Shown here in pieces: positions 17,796-27,042 of a stretch of DNA of 35,300 nucleotides (positions within the stretch are counted from its first letter, which is position 1; the number at the start of each line of letters is the position of its first letter). A program made the position numbers and the translations under genes. The stretch is from Patescibacteria group bacterium (GTDB lineage Bacteria; Patescibacteriota; Minisyncoccia; UBA6257; 02-FULL-45-10c). A model generated the notes under the pieces. It worked only from the letters and a program-made list of their open reading frames with translations. It did not search any database and had not been told where the DNA came from. The DNA lies in NCBI GenBank assembly GCA_023474975.1, contig JAMCXE010000003.1:1-35300 (forward strand), given 5' to 3'.

Positions 17796-19142
17796 TTAAG
17801 GAAGGCAGTTTCCGTCCGGTCCCGTATATCCGCTTGCGCAATATTTCGGGGGAACGACCGGTGTTGGAACAACGCATTTTCCCGCAGAATCCTTTCGATA
17901 TCCAGATTCGCAATTATTACAGGTGGTATTTGTGTCGTGTGCATAGCCAGTGGGGCATGGAGTTAGAACTAAATTTGAGGCATTGCATGTACCATCAGGC
18001 TGTCTTACGAGATTGGTTTTACAAACACAGGCTCCGTTAACTAGGTCGTTTCCGTCCGCGCATTTTGTGCAGACCATTTCGCTGGAATTAGAAGACGATA
18101 AACTAGAAACTTGTTGTCCATTATTAGTTGTATTTAAACTAAACATTCCGCCAGTGGTACCGTATACTAAGCACCCAGGTGATCCAGATCCAGAAGTTTC
18201 CGATACTGAATTATTGCTTCCACTAGTAGAACACCCATTTTTTGTGGTTGCGTCTAATTTACAATTTGGTCCACACGGCTGGGATATATTTGAATAATCA
18301 GGGGTTATTTGAGAGCAGTCGGTTACTTGAGTGGCTGGAGGCAAGAAAGAATCTAGATCGATCGGCTCCAGGCCGGGGTTTTTTAAATTAACTAAATTCG
18401 GATTTATTGTGTAAAGAATTAAATAGGCTCCGAGGAGAAGAAGTATTCCGTATATGGCATTCAACATCCACGTCTTACCCTCTTCTTTGGAAGCCATATT
18501 TCCGGCAGACAGGGTGTACAAAGCAGCTCCATATATTACCGCACCTAAAGCCACGAATCCGACGATCATCAGGCCGAATTGATAAAGTCTGGCAATATAT
18601 CCCGCCGGGTTATCAGGGGTTGGACACTGGCCGTTTATTCCAAGAGCGTTGGGATTGCATGGAATAGTAACTTTAAGTTCATACGGTTTTATTGTTGCGC
18701 TAAGATTGGCGTCTTGAGGCATTACGTTTTGAGGTATTGAAGCCATGACACACCTCCATCCAGTACCTGAACCAACAGGACAATCTGTTACCGTGTAAGT
18801 ACAAACTGTACCGCTTGGGCATGGTATTACGGTTTTGTCGCAGAGAGCATTTTTTCCACTAATTGCAGTTCCAACTGATGCGCAATCACCATTAGACTTA
18901 TAAGTTGTTGGTCCGCTTGGTGATGGAGCAATATTTTCCCCAATAGTTCCTTTTGCAACGCATATACCCGGTTCCGGCGTGATATGCCATTCGCAATTTG
19001 TATTTGGTGCCGTGCAACTACTGGAGTCTAGTTTCGAACAATCAATTGATGTTTGTGCAAAACTCACCGGAATTGAATTAAAGACAAATAAAAATCCCAT
19101 CAATGAAACTGCAAATATTTTTTTAAAATAGTTTAAATTCAT
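17796..19142 (-). CDS. T4SS-pilin-like (VirB2/TrbC-like) domain protein with Cys-rich flanking domains
   Basis: Signal peptide; two-helix core YQFGLMIVG...IYGA..YTLSAGN...EGK...NAIYGILLLLGAYLILYTINPNL; many Cys on both sides. Confidence 0.75.
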   Translation of the reverse strand: MNLNYFKKIFAVSLMGFLFVFNSIPVSFAQTSIDCSKLDSSSCTAPNTNCEWHITPEPGICVAKGTIGENIAPSPSGPTTYKSNGDCASVGTAISGKNALCDKTVIPCPSGTVCTYTVTDCPVGSGTGWRCVMASIPQNVMPQDANLSATIKPYELKVTIPCNPNALGINGQCPTPDNPAGYIARLYQFGLMIVGFVALGAVIYGAALYTLSAGNMASKEEGKTWMLNAIYGILLLLGAYLILYTINPNLVNLKNPGLEPIDLDSFLPPATQVTDCSQITPDYSNISQPCGPNCKLDATTKNGCSTSGSNNSVSETSGSGSPGCLVYGTTGGMFSLNTTNNGQQVSSLSSSNSSEMVCTKCADGNDLVNGACVCKTNLVRQPDGTCNASNLVLTPCPTGYAHDTNTTCNNCESGYRKDSAGKCVVPTPVVPPKYCASGYTGPDGNCLP

Positions 19143-19154
19143 TTTTTATTTTTT

Positions 19155-19221
19155 GTTGTTGTGAGGGATTTGCGATGTGACAACTTGTTAGTGAGATCGT
19201 TTTGGCGGCGCTCGTAATGAC
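19155..19221. repeat. Degenerate GTCATTGCGAG-family element
   Basis: GTTGTTGTGAG...CTCGTAATGAC ends. Confidence 0.55.
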
Positions 19222-19256
19222 GGGTATTTGTAATTTAGTAATTAGTTATTGGCTGA

Positions 19257-20009
19257 TTACTTTATATCTAAATTGACATAATTTCTTGCGAATTCATAGT
19301 AGCTAGCCGGATTTTGAATGGTGATATTTATGCCCGTATTGGCGCCGACCGCAGGATTTCCTTGCGTAGTGGTCGTTAAATTAAGGATGGATGGGTTTCC
19401 AGATTGGCCAGAAACATCGGAGCCGTCAACGTTCCAAGAAATATTAAGCTGGCTTGGATCAGAAACATTGAAGAAATAAGGTATGGCCTGAAGTGGATTG
19501 GTGCCGACCTTAATAGTTCTGGCTGGATAGGGCGCATTTATAACAGCCTTTGCTTGCGTAGTTGGAATTGTAGTTAGCCCCTCTAAATCACCCATTGGAT
19601 ATTTGGCGTCTTTATATTTGGGGATGCTGATGCTTATCTGAGGGTTTACTTGATTGACGGTAAACTTTACAGATTTTAATCCTACCCCCGATTGCAAAAG
19701 ATTGTCGCCTAAATACCAAAGTATGTTTTGCTCGGAAAGATCTACAAATTTGCCCTGATCAAGGCAATCGAAGCTTACTTCTACCGAAGAGCCGATCGTA
19801 GGCATAACTTTCCCCGGGTAATTTGCTGGTACATAATTGGTCGCGCGCCAGGAAATCAAAAAATCAAAGTTGGGATTGATGGGTGTGGTAGTAATAGAAG
19901 GGATGTTTGGGGCAACTTGAGCATTTGCGGATGACCCGATAAGCATTCCTAAAATAGCTAAATACGCTAAGGAAGATGCGTTTTTTTTGATTAGATCGAT
20001 CAGCTTCAT
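19257..20009 (-). CDS. Secreted beta-rich (Ig-like) hypothetical protein
   Basis: Signal peptide ending ANA-Q; beta-strand pattern such as LNISWNVDG. Confidence 0.7.
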   Translation of the reverse strand: MKLIDLIKKNASSLAYLAILGMLIGSSANAQVAPNIPSITTTPINPNFDFLISWRATNYVPANYPGKVMPTIGSSVEVSFDCLDQGKFVDLSEQNILWYLGDNLLQSGVGLKSVKFTVNQVNPQISISIPKYKDAKYPMGDLEGLTTIPTTQAKAVINAPYPARTIKVGTNPLQAIPYFFNVSDPSQLNISWNVDGSDVSGQSGNPSILNLTTTTQGNPAVGANTGINITIQNPASYYEFARNYVNLDIK

Positions 20010-20059
20010 AATACTTTTTAATTATACATCAAAACAATAAATCAAAACAATTTAAAGTA

Positions 20060-20521
20060 TTAAACTTTTCCAGTCACAGCAGAAGCCTTGTCCGCGGCCT
20101 TATTTATGACTTTGCCAACGGCGCCAGTTTTTTTCAGTATACTCTCCGCTTTCTTCATACCAAACCAGTCTATGTAAACAACTATTCCCCATCCAATAGT
20201 GGATGGTATGAGCGCGCCGATATATGGCATTGCCGTTATTACCCCTACTACTAAACTGGTCAGCCAGATCTCTTTCCCCATTTTTTTTATGACAATAAAA
20301 TAGAATTCGCTGATCGATGTGCGAATCATGCTTATTATTCCAAAATCAGATAATCCAAACAGAAACAGGAAAAGCTCTAGGGTATCAGATATCAAGTAGA
20401 AAGGAGTTATGATAACTATTTCCCACATTGATAATTTTGGCTTGTATTCTTCCTGTTCATCTTCTTTTTTTGGAGCGGTCGCGCGCTTGTTTGGCCGTAT
20501 TATAGGATTTTGTTCGGGCAT
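20060..20521 (-). CDS. Small membrane protein
   Basis: 153 aa with hydrophobic segments; directly downstream of the ATPase gene. Confidence 0.7.
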   Translation of the reverse strand: MPEQNPIIRPNKRATAPKKEDEQEEYKPKLSMWEIVIITPFYLISDTLELFLFLFGLSDFGIISMIRTSISEFYFIVIKKMGKEIWLTSLVVGVITAMPYIGALIPSTIGWGIVVYIDWFGMKKAESILKKTGAVGKVINKAADKASAVTGKV

Positions 20522-20533
20522 GTTTTGATTTAA

Positions 20534-22249
20534 TTAAGCATTTTGCTGTTGGAGAATTTGCTCTGGTTTTGTAGTAACAATTTTATCTTCAAGATAAGAC
20601 GCTATTATTTTAATGGCAACATGATTAAGTCCGGCAAAGAAAAGTCCCTCACCTACCGCAGCTTCAAGCAGAAGATTTTTTTCGCCCTCTGTAAGTCCAA
20701 AAGATTTTATAATGAGATCTATCATTGTTGGCGACTGTTTCAATAAAAGCTGCAAAGAGGAATTGGTGATGATCGGGCGGCCATAGGGAGATTTAAGGAA
20801 GTCTTCCACGTCTTGTGTGATCGTGGTGACTCCAAGATAATATTTTCTGCATCTCTTTACTAAGCCAAACATAAAAGAGGCTCCGTCTTCGTATTTCATA
20901 AGCACCCACGCCTCATCTACTATCAGTACTCTTTTTTTGAGCTCTGCTCTAATCAAGCTCCAGATGAAATTCAAGACGATATACATAGCGATCGGCCTAA
21001 GCTCTTCTTCCAGGTCACGGATAGAAAAAACTATTAATCGATTTTTTATATCAACATTGGTTGGCTGATTGGTGAAACCGGCGTAGCTGCCTTGAGTATA
21101 TTTATAAAGGCGCTGCGCCATTGTTTTTCCTCCCTCCATGTTTTCCAAAATTTTTTGAAGATCTTCTAGAAGCGGCGGAATCGCTTTGCTAAAATCTTTA
21201 CCCGGAGCGATATCATGAGAGGCGTAGGTTTCGGAAATGGCTCTATCTAAAAGAGCATCTTCTTCTGGGGTAAGCTGGCCCATCATTAATTTTAACAATC
21301 CGGCAATATTAACAATGTGTGAACGCAAAACATCACTTGGATCTTCGTCTTTGGGTATGATCGGAAGGTCGAAGGGATTGATGTGGTGCTGGGAGGCCAG
21401 AGAGATCCTAAAATAACTTCCGCCAACGGAAGATGCCAGCGCTTCATATTCATTTTCCGGATCTATGATCAAGATATCAGTTCCCATCATAAGCAGACGC
21501 AATGCTTCGAGTTTGACTGCATAGCTTTTTCCGGCACCCGCTTTAGCAAAAACAACCATATTGGCATTCTCTAAAGAAAATCTATCAAAAACTATCATCG
21601 AATTATTACTTTCATTGATCCCATAAAGTATTCCGTTGTCGGAGGTAAGATCCGCTGAAGTGAATGGGAAGAATGATGATAGCGGTCCGGAATTGAGAGG
21701 ATTGTAAATTAATAAGCGATCTTGACCGAGCGGAATGGACGAGCTAAATCCTTCAGTTTGTTGAAATAATGCTGGTTTTATATAGACTAGTCGGCTTTCG
21801 AGCAGATTGGTTATTCTCCCTTCTAATTTGTTTAGTTGCTCTATCGTTTCAGCATAAATGGTGATATAGACGCTTACATTAAAAAGCTGTTCGCGCGCTT
21901 GTTGAAGCGAATCTCTTAGTCCCTCAATATCTTGAAATGCGGTTTCAAGCATTGGGTCTCTTACCACGCCCTTTTCTTGTTTTTCATATATTTGAGATTC
22001 GACCTGAGCCGCTTTCTTTCTAAGTTGTTTTAACGCTAGGTTTGTTTCTATAGGATGAACGAAGATAGATATATCTATAAGATCGGGCATATCTATGATT
22101 TGAGAGAACCAGCCAGTGGAAAGAAATCGCGGGTAAGAAAATATAAAAAGAGTTTTGGCTAGCTTGTCGCCAATTTTTATGAAATTTGAATTCACTTCCA
22201 CTGCCGCCGGGGCAATTATGTCTATTATATTTTTTGCTGTATCAGCCAT
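20534..22249 (-). CDS. VirB4/TraE-like conjugative-type ATPase
   Basis: N.NMVVFAKAGAGKS Walker A, IIDPENEY, INPFD, LIVDEAW Walker B, RKY...TITQ motifs. Confidence 0.88.
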   Translation of the reverse strand: MADTAKNIIDIIAPAAVEVNSNFIKIGDKLAKTLFIFSYPRFLSTGWFSQIIDMPDLIDISIFVHPIETNLALKQLRKKAAQVESQIYEKQEKGVVRDPMLETAFQDIEGLRDSLQQAREQLFNVSVYITIYAETIEQLNKLEGRITNLLESRLVYIKPALFQQTEGFSSSIPLGQDRLLIYNPLNSGPLSSFFPFTSADLTSDNGILYGINESNNSMIVFDRFSLENANMVVFAKAGAGKSYAVKLEALRLLMMGTDILIIDPENEYEALASSVGGSYFRISLASQHHINPFDLPIIPKDEDPSDVLRSHIVNIAGLLKLMMGQLTPEEDALLDRAISETYASHDIAPGKDFSKAIPPLLEDLQKILENMEGGKTMAQRLYKYTQGSYAGFTNQPTNVDIKNRLIVFSIRDLEEELRPIAMYIVLNFIWSLIRAELKKRVLIVDEAWVLMKYEDGASFMFGLVKRCRKYYLGVTTITQDVEDFLKSPYGRPIITNSSLQLLLKQSPTMIDLIIKSFGLTEGEKNLLLEAAVGEGLFFAGLNHVAIKIIASYLEDKIVTTKPEQILQQQNA

Positions 22250-22270
22250 AATATTTTTTTAAATTCATGT

Positions 22271-22930
22271 TTATTGAGCAACCTTTTTCTCTATTGTGCT
22301 GGGATTGTATAGGTTGTAGAAAAGCTCGGAAAGTTCTTCGTCGTTTAATGGCACAACTCTGAGCCCGATCTGATTTAAGCCGTCGACGACCTCGCCGACC
22401 CTTTGATCGAGTTGTTCAAGATATTCTTTCTCCGTTTGTTTTTTTTCATCCCCCTCATTTTTTTTCTTTCCAAAGAGGCCGAATACGGCGCTCTTAAGGC
22501 CGGCGCCGGTATCTGAAACACGTATGGGATCTAGCGGGACAACCACAAAAAAGTTTTTGGACATTATTGCATTTTGAGAAACAAAGGATTTTATAAATTC
22601 CCTGTATTCAAATATTTGATTCTTCAAAAGCTCGTTGGTCTCTTGATTTTCTCTTTCCTCTACTTTTCTTAAATAATTGTCGATATTTATTTTTCTTGAA
22701 TGTATAAAAATTTGAAGAGTGAAATCAACGGAATTCAAAAAACCTTGAAAGGCGGAGGTTATCATTTCCTGCTCTTCGGCCGATTTGAGATCGAAGTTTA
22801 TTCCCGAAACAATGAGTATCCTCCTATATGCCCCACCCCTTAGCTTTATTACGCCGTTATTAATAGAATCGATATTAACGAATTGTTGTGTAGCGAAAGA
22901 CGGTTCTTTTGATTCTTGTATGTTAGGCAT
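22271..22930 (-). CDS. VirB4-associated protein (resembles a separated N-terminal part of VirB4/TrsE)
   Basis: INFDLKSAEEQ...FLNS.DF.LQI...K.FFVVVP...L...EL.ELFY pattern; start assigned to MPNIQ at 22930. Confidence 0.65.
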   Translation of the reverse strand: MPNIQESKEPSFATQQFVNIDSINNGVIKLRGGAYRRILIVSGINFDLKSAEEQEMITSAFQGFLNSVDFTLQIFIHSRKINIDNYLRKVEERENQETNELLKNQIFEYREFIKSFVSQNAIMSKNFFVVVPLDPIRVSDTGAGLKSAVFGLFGKKKNEGDEKKQTEKEYLEQLDQRVGEVVDGLNQIGLRVVPLNDEELSELFYNLYNPSTIEKKVAQ

Positions 22931-22958
22931 ATGTTTAAGTATACAATTGTTTAATTCT

Positions 22959-23471
22959 TTATTTATAATCAACTCTTCGGGCCATCTCTTTCTCTCCGGT
23001 TATTTTTCTGAAAACCTCGTATTTTTCCTGATGCGATCTGAATTGATCAAAAATAGCCGGCTGAGTCGTTTTTTCTCTAGCTGGTATGGGGGTTTTTGAA
23101 GTAAGAAGTTTTTGCCATATATCGTTCAATGGATTTGCGCCTTCTTTTATCTGTGCGGGCTCTTTCGTTTTTTCTATTTTTTGGCCGGGGGCGGCAGTTT
23201 TTTTCCAAAGATAAAATTTAGGCTTCCAGAAATAACCAATAGCTGCGCTAACTATTTTAGGCAGTGGAATGCCGTTTATTTTTATGAAGGCCAAAGATAT
23301 TGTAGCTGTATTTATCAGCACTATCGAAAAGGCCCAAAGCCACAAATTAAAGAAGAAGAATAAGAAAAAAGAAAGGCCGGCGCCGATCGTGATGTAGACG
23401 AATTGCTTAAGGGTTAGCGGCCCGATTATCTTGTCTTCTGTGTCTATAAATTGAGGGACTTGAAACTGCAT
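22959..23471 (-). CDS. PrgI family protein (VirB3-like)
   Basis: MQFQVPQFIDTEDKIIGPLTLKQF followed by two TM helices. Confidence 0.85.
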   Translation of the reverse strand: MQFQVPQFIDTEDKIIGPLTLKQFVYITIGAGLSFFLFFFFNLWLWAFSIVLINTATISLAFIKINGIPLPKIVSAAIGYFWKPKFYLWKKTAAPGQKIEKTKEPAQIKEGANPLNDIWQKLLTSKTPIPAREKTTQPAIFDQFRSHQEKYEVFRKITGEKEMARRVDYK

Positions 23472-23507
23472 ATGTTTGACCAACGACTAACAACTGACGA
23501 CTTACGA

Positions 23508-23864
23508 CTAATGAGTTAATAATTTTTTCTTAAAACCACCCAATTGACTAGAGATACTTGATAACTTTACAAAAAGTATATCAAACTCTGCTTTGGTTAT
23601 AAAACCACTATCTTTTAATATATCTGGCGCGGCTAGTGTTTCACTAACGGAGCCTAGTGCTATTTCTATATATCTGTTGAGTTCCTTGTCAGATGTTTTA
23701 CCACTACCCTCGGCGATATTCAGAACAATTGAAAGAGCTGACCGTATTAATTGACTACCTATCTCGTATCTATATTCTTTTGGTGTTTTTTAACTATGTA
23801 TAATTGCTAGCACTTCTTTAGAATCTGTATAAGCTTTCCATTTCAAAAATCTGATTTTTTCCAT
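23508..23864 (-). pseudogene. Four-helix-bundle protein (23S rRNA IVS protein family) with premature stop
   Basis: Manual translation MEKIRFLKWKAYTDSKEVLAIIHS*KTPKEYRYEIGSQLIRSALSIVLNIAEGSGK...ALGSVSET...; TAA at 23792-23790. Confidence 0.85.
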
Positions 23865-23871
23865 TTTGTCG

Positions 23872-24966
23872 TTAGTTGTTGGTTGTAGGTTGTTTGTTGC
23901 TTCTAAGATCAATCGTATTTCCGTTGAGTTTGGTAAACGTGGATAAATTGATGTAGTCTTCTTTTTTGGGTTCTGGTTTTTGGGGCGCTCCAGATGGGGT
24001 CAGCGGAGTTTTGAAATTGCTGTAATGGACGGTTCTTATTGGCTCGGATTTAGCTGTTTGAGTTGATTCGCTTGGTTTGAGCTCGGAGATCGGTTTTTCA
24101 AATATTTGTGATGGCGGTATTGCTGGATTGGGTGTAACTTTTTCGCTATTGGGTTGAGCGGGTGCAATCGGTTGCCGAGCTTCGATCACGGGTTTGGGAT
24201 TGATAAAAACGGGCATGCTGAATTTTTTTGCGCCCTCTTTTTGCTCGGTTTCTATTTTAATGGATACCGGTTTAACAACATTTGGTTTATTTATGAGCGA
24301 GGGTTCTACTTTTAGGTTCAATGATATTGATTCTTTAGTGATTTGAGGGATCGTGGGTTTTACCGGCTCTGTTTTTGTTTGAATGATAAATGGGGTTTCG
24401 GCAATTGGCGCAGTCGGTTGTGCGGATTTTATTGGTTGTGGATTTATAGATGCGACTCCTGCGCCCATGGTGGGAATTTTTGGTGCGATCGGAGTGGCCG
24501 GCTGAGTCGGCATTGAAGACAGCGGCTTAGCTCCTGAAAATTCCGGATGAATATCGTTTGCTGTCGGGGCGTTGTTTTTTTCAAGATTTACGATTTTGGG
24601 CAATACCTCTTCTTGCGGTTCCTCGGCAATTTTTGGCGGATTATAAATTTTAGCCAGATCGTCTTTAAGGTTGTTAAATAACTTTTGTTTAAGCTCTATC
24701 TCAATGAAATTGGCTTTTTGCATATCAATATCGAAATATTGGTGCAGCTCCGAAGCGATCTCCTCCGGCTTTGTATAGCCCAAAAAAACTTCACCTACCA
24801 GCAAAGCAACATCTTTTACTTTATCCTCGGAAATACTGTAGTCTCGGCAAACACTAGAAATGAGCTGGACGTTTTTGTCGGCCAGCATTTCTTTTTTTAA
24901 TTTTTCTGGAAGCGCTTCAAACCTTTTTTGCGCTTCTTGTTTTTCGGATTCGTAGTTGTTCGTCAT
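23872..24966 (-). CDS. Hypothetical protein with helical N-terminus and long Pro-rich tail
   Basis: 364-aa ORF; low-complexity P/T/S/K region. Confidence 0.75.
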   Translation of the reverse strand: MTNNYESEKQEAQKRFEALPEKLKKEMLADKNVQLISSVCRDYSISEDKVKDVALLVGEVFLGYTKPEEIASELHQYFDIDMQKANFIEIELKQKLFNNLKDDLAKIYNPPKIAEEPQEEVLPKIVNLEKNNAPTANDIHPEFSGAKPLSSMPTQPATPIAPKIPTMGAGVASINPQPIKSAQPTAPIAETPFIIQTKTEPVKPTIPQITKESISLNLKVEPSLINKPNVVKPVSIKIETEQKEGAKKFSMPVFINPKPVIEARQPIAPAQPNSEKVTPNPAIPPSQIFEKPISELKPSESTQTAKSEPIRTVHYSNFKTPLTPSGAPQKPEPKKEDYINLSTFTKLNGNTIDLRSNKQPTTNN

Positions 24967-24988
24967 TTGCTATTCCGCTAGTAATTAA

Positions 24989-27019
24989 TTATTTTCCTTC
25001 TTCCTGTTTAGCTTTTGTTTCTTTCATGAATTTTTTTAGTTCTTTTATATCCTTATCTGAGGCATTGTTAGATTTAGATTTTTTAATAAGTTCCTCGCTT
25101 TCGGAGATCTTTTTATGAAGATCGTTAACTTTTTGCAATGTATTTTCTTTAGAATTTTTTACCAGCCTTGTTAGATTGATAATGCGTTCTTGTGCGATTC
25201 TCTTTTCTTCCGGGTTCGTTATTTTAGCTATTTTAGCATTTAGTTCCGCTAGGTCTTTTTCGAATATAGCCGATCTGTCACCTCCACCCGCGTTGCCCCG
25301 AGCTTCTTTTTGTTGGCTTGCGGAAATGATCGTTTGTTGATTTATGCTTATTGGCTGATCTATCGCCGTTTTAGTTGCTCTGACATTCTCTAGTGCTTTG
25401 GCTATACCGTCTCTTTCTTGTTCTAGTTTTGACAAATCTGAACCTTGAGGATTTTTACGCGCAGCATCTATCTCTAGCATTTTCTCCTCCCATTTCTTAT
25501 TAAGCTCCCCTTCCTCTTCTGTTAATGCCGACTTCATTGTTAATTTTTCTTTCTCCGCGAATTCTTTTTCTGGACCAGCTTGCTTTGTTTTTTCATTTTC
25601 TGTACGCTCATTTTCTTTCTCTTTATATTCCTTCTCTTCTTTTAAGCGTAATTTTCTAGAGTTCCAGCCTAAGCCGGCGCCGATTTCTTCTGATGTGGCG
25701 GTATAAATTCCGCTAAGGCCACCATATGTTTTTTGGAAGTCTTCTGAGGATTTGGCGACTTGTCTAAGCGGCCTTGTCGCGCTTCTGACCAAGCCATACT
25801 TTGAATTTTTATACTTTTCACCAAATTCTCCAACTTTCTTAGCAGCAAATCCAAGACCAGTAAGACCTATTGCTGTAGACGCGGTTCCTTTTAAGATGCC
25901 ATTTATTGCTCCGGTTGCAGCATTAGTAGTCCATTTTCCCGCAATGCCAGAACCCTCTTCGGCTTTTTTAATACCATACATCAGTATCGCAACCACCATG
26001 ATCATAGAACCGATGTTCGGACCCATACTTTGTATCACGTGACTCGGGTCGTCAACCAAAGCTTTTTGCATATTTGGTGTGTCCACAATGCCTTGTATTG
26101 CGGTATAGGATTTAAGCGCTATGTAAATGTAAAATCCGGCGATTGGTCCGAAGAATGTTTGCTGTAAAAATTTTTTAGACCAATCTGACCAGCCACTTCC
26201 TCCTATTACCCAACCTATTATTGCAGCCGGTAAAGTTATTAAAAGAATGCCGATAATCACATATCTCATCAAGAACATTGCCGCTAATCCGAACATGGTG
26301 ATGGCGCCAACTGCCGTAATTATATCGGCAAATATCAGGCTTGCTAATACCTGTACTGTGGCTGCGCCAAAATTAAGAAGGGTAGAGTTAGGATCGAGCG
26401 TTGGAGGCTGCAATACTTTATACATTTGCATTGCGCTAGACAGCGCTTGAGCGACGCCGCCGTTACCGGATTGACTATTGAAGGAAGCTAGGAAGAAATT
26501 TGTAAGCATTCCGGCGAAATCAAGAACTACAGTTGCCAGGAGTAAGCTAAAGTTAATAAGAAGAGCCGCTATTATAAGCTTAGGTAGAGCTTTTTTAACT
26601 TGCAGTGAACCGGTATTTAAAATAGTTTCAAATGCAATGATTATTATTAAAAATACAAAGGCGAGATTGGCAATATCCCTGGTTATCGGCCAGCCGATCT
26701 GAACTGCAGGATTATCAACAATATTAGAATTTAATTCCAAAACCCAGTTTAATATTATTCCGCCTAAAAAAAGAGCGAGATGGAAAAAATACCCCAGAAC
26801 ATACAATAGTAAGGTGAGTATCCAGGATACCGCTGTCATTATGCTTTTGCCTGGATTTGTAATGAAATCTAGCGCGCTGGGTGTCGATGGCGCGTTTGAT
26901 GCCACCTGAGTAGCAGATGACGCAGCCTGCTGGGCGTGGGCAAAACTATGCGGTATTAATAAAAACACCGCCACTAATAGTCCGACAAAAATTATTTTCC
27001 TTATGTCTATTTTTTTCAT
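24989..27019 (-). CDS. Polytopic membrane protein, VirB6/TrbL-like, with C-terminal coiled coil
   Basis: GW...RD.ANL.F, LPKLIIAALLINFS and multiple TMs; T4SS-like context. Confidence 0.7.
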   Translation of the reverse strand: MKKIDIRKIIFVGLLVAVFLLIPHSFAHAQQAASSATQVASNAPSTPSALDFITNPGKSIMTAVSWILTLLLYVLGYFFHLALFLGGIILNWVLELNSNIVDNPAVQIGWPITRDIANLAFVFLIIIIAFETILNTGSLQVKKALPKLIIAALLINFSLLLATVVLDFAGMLTNFFLASFNSQSGNGGVAQALSSAMQMYKVLQPPTLDPNSTLLNFGAATVQVLASLIFADIITAVGAITMFGLAAMFLMRYVIIGILLITLPAAIIGWVIGGSGWSDWSKKFLQQTFFGPIAGFYIYIALKSYTAIQGIVDTPNMQKALVDDPSHVIQSMGPNIGSMIMVVAILMYGIKKAEEGSGIAGKWTTNAATGAINGILKGTASTAIGLTGLGFAAKKVGEFGEKYKNSKYGLVRSATRPLRQVAKSSEDFQKTYGGLSGIYTATSEEIGAGLGWNSRKLRLKEEKEYKEKENERTENEKTKQAGPEKEFAEKEKLTMKSALTEEEGELNKKWEEKMLEIDAARKNPQGSDLSKLEQERDGIAKALENVRATKTAIDQPISINQQTIISASQQKEARGNAGGGDRSAIFEKDLAELNAKIAKITNPEEKRIAQERIINLTRLVKNSKENTLQKVNDLHKKISESEELIKKSKSNNASDKDIKELKKFMKETKAKQEEGK

Positions 27020-27042
27020 TTTCTAAGACTGGTTCCAATTAT

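Noticed and set aside
23508..23864. Diversity-generating retroelement (Avd-like gene)
   Set aside because: No reverse transcriptase and no template/variable repeat pair were seen.
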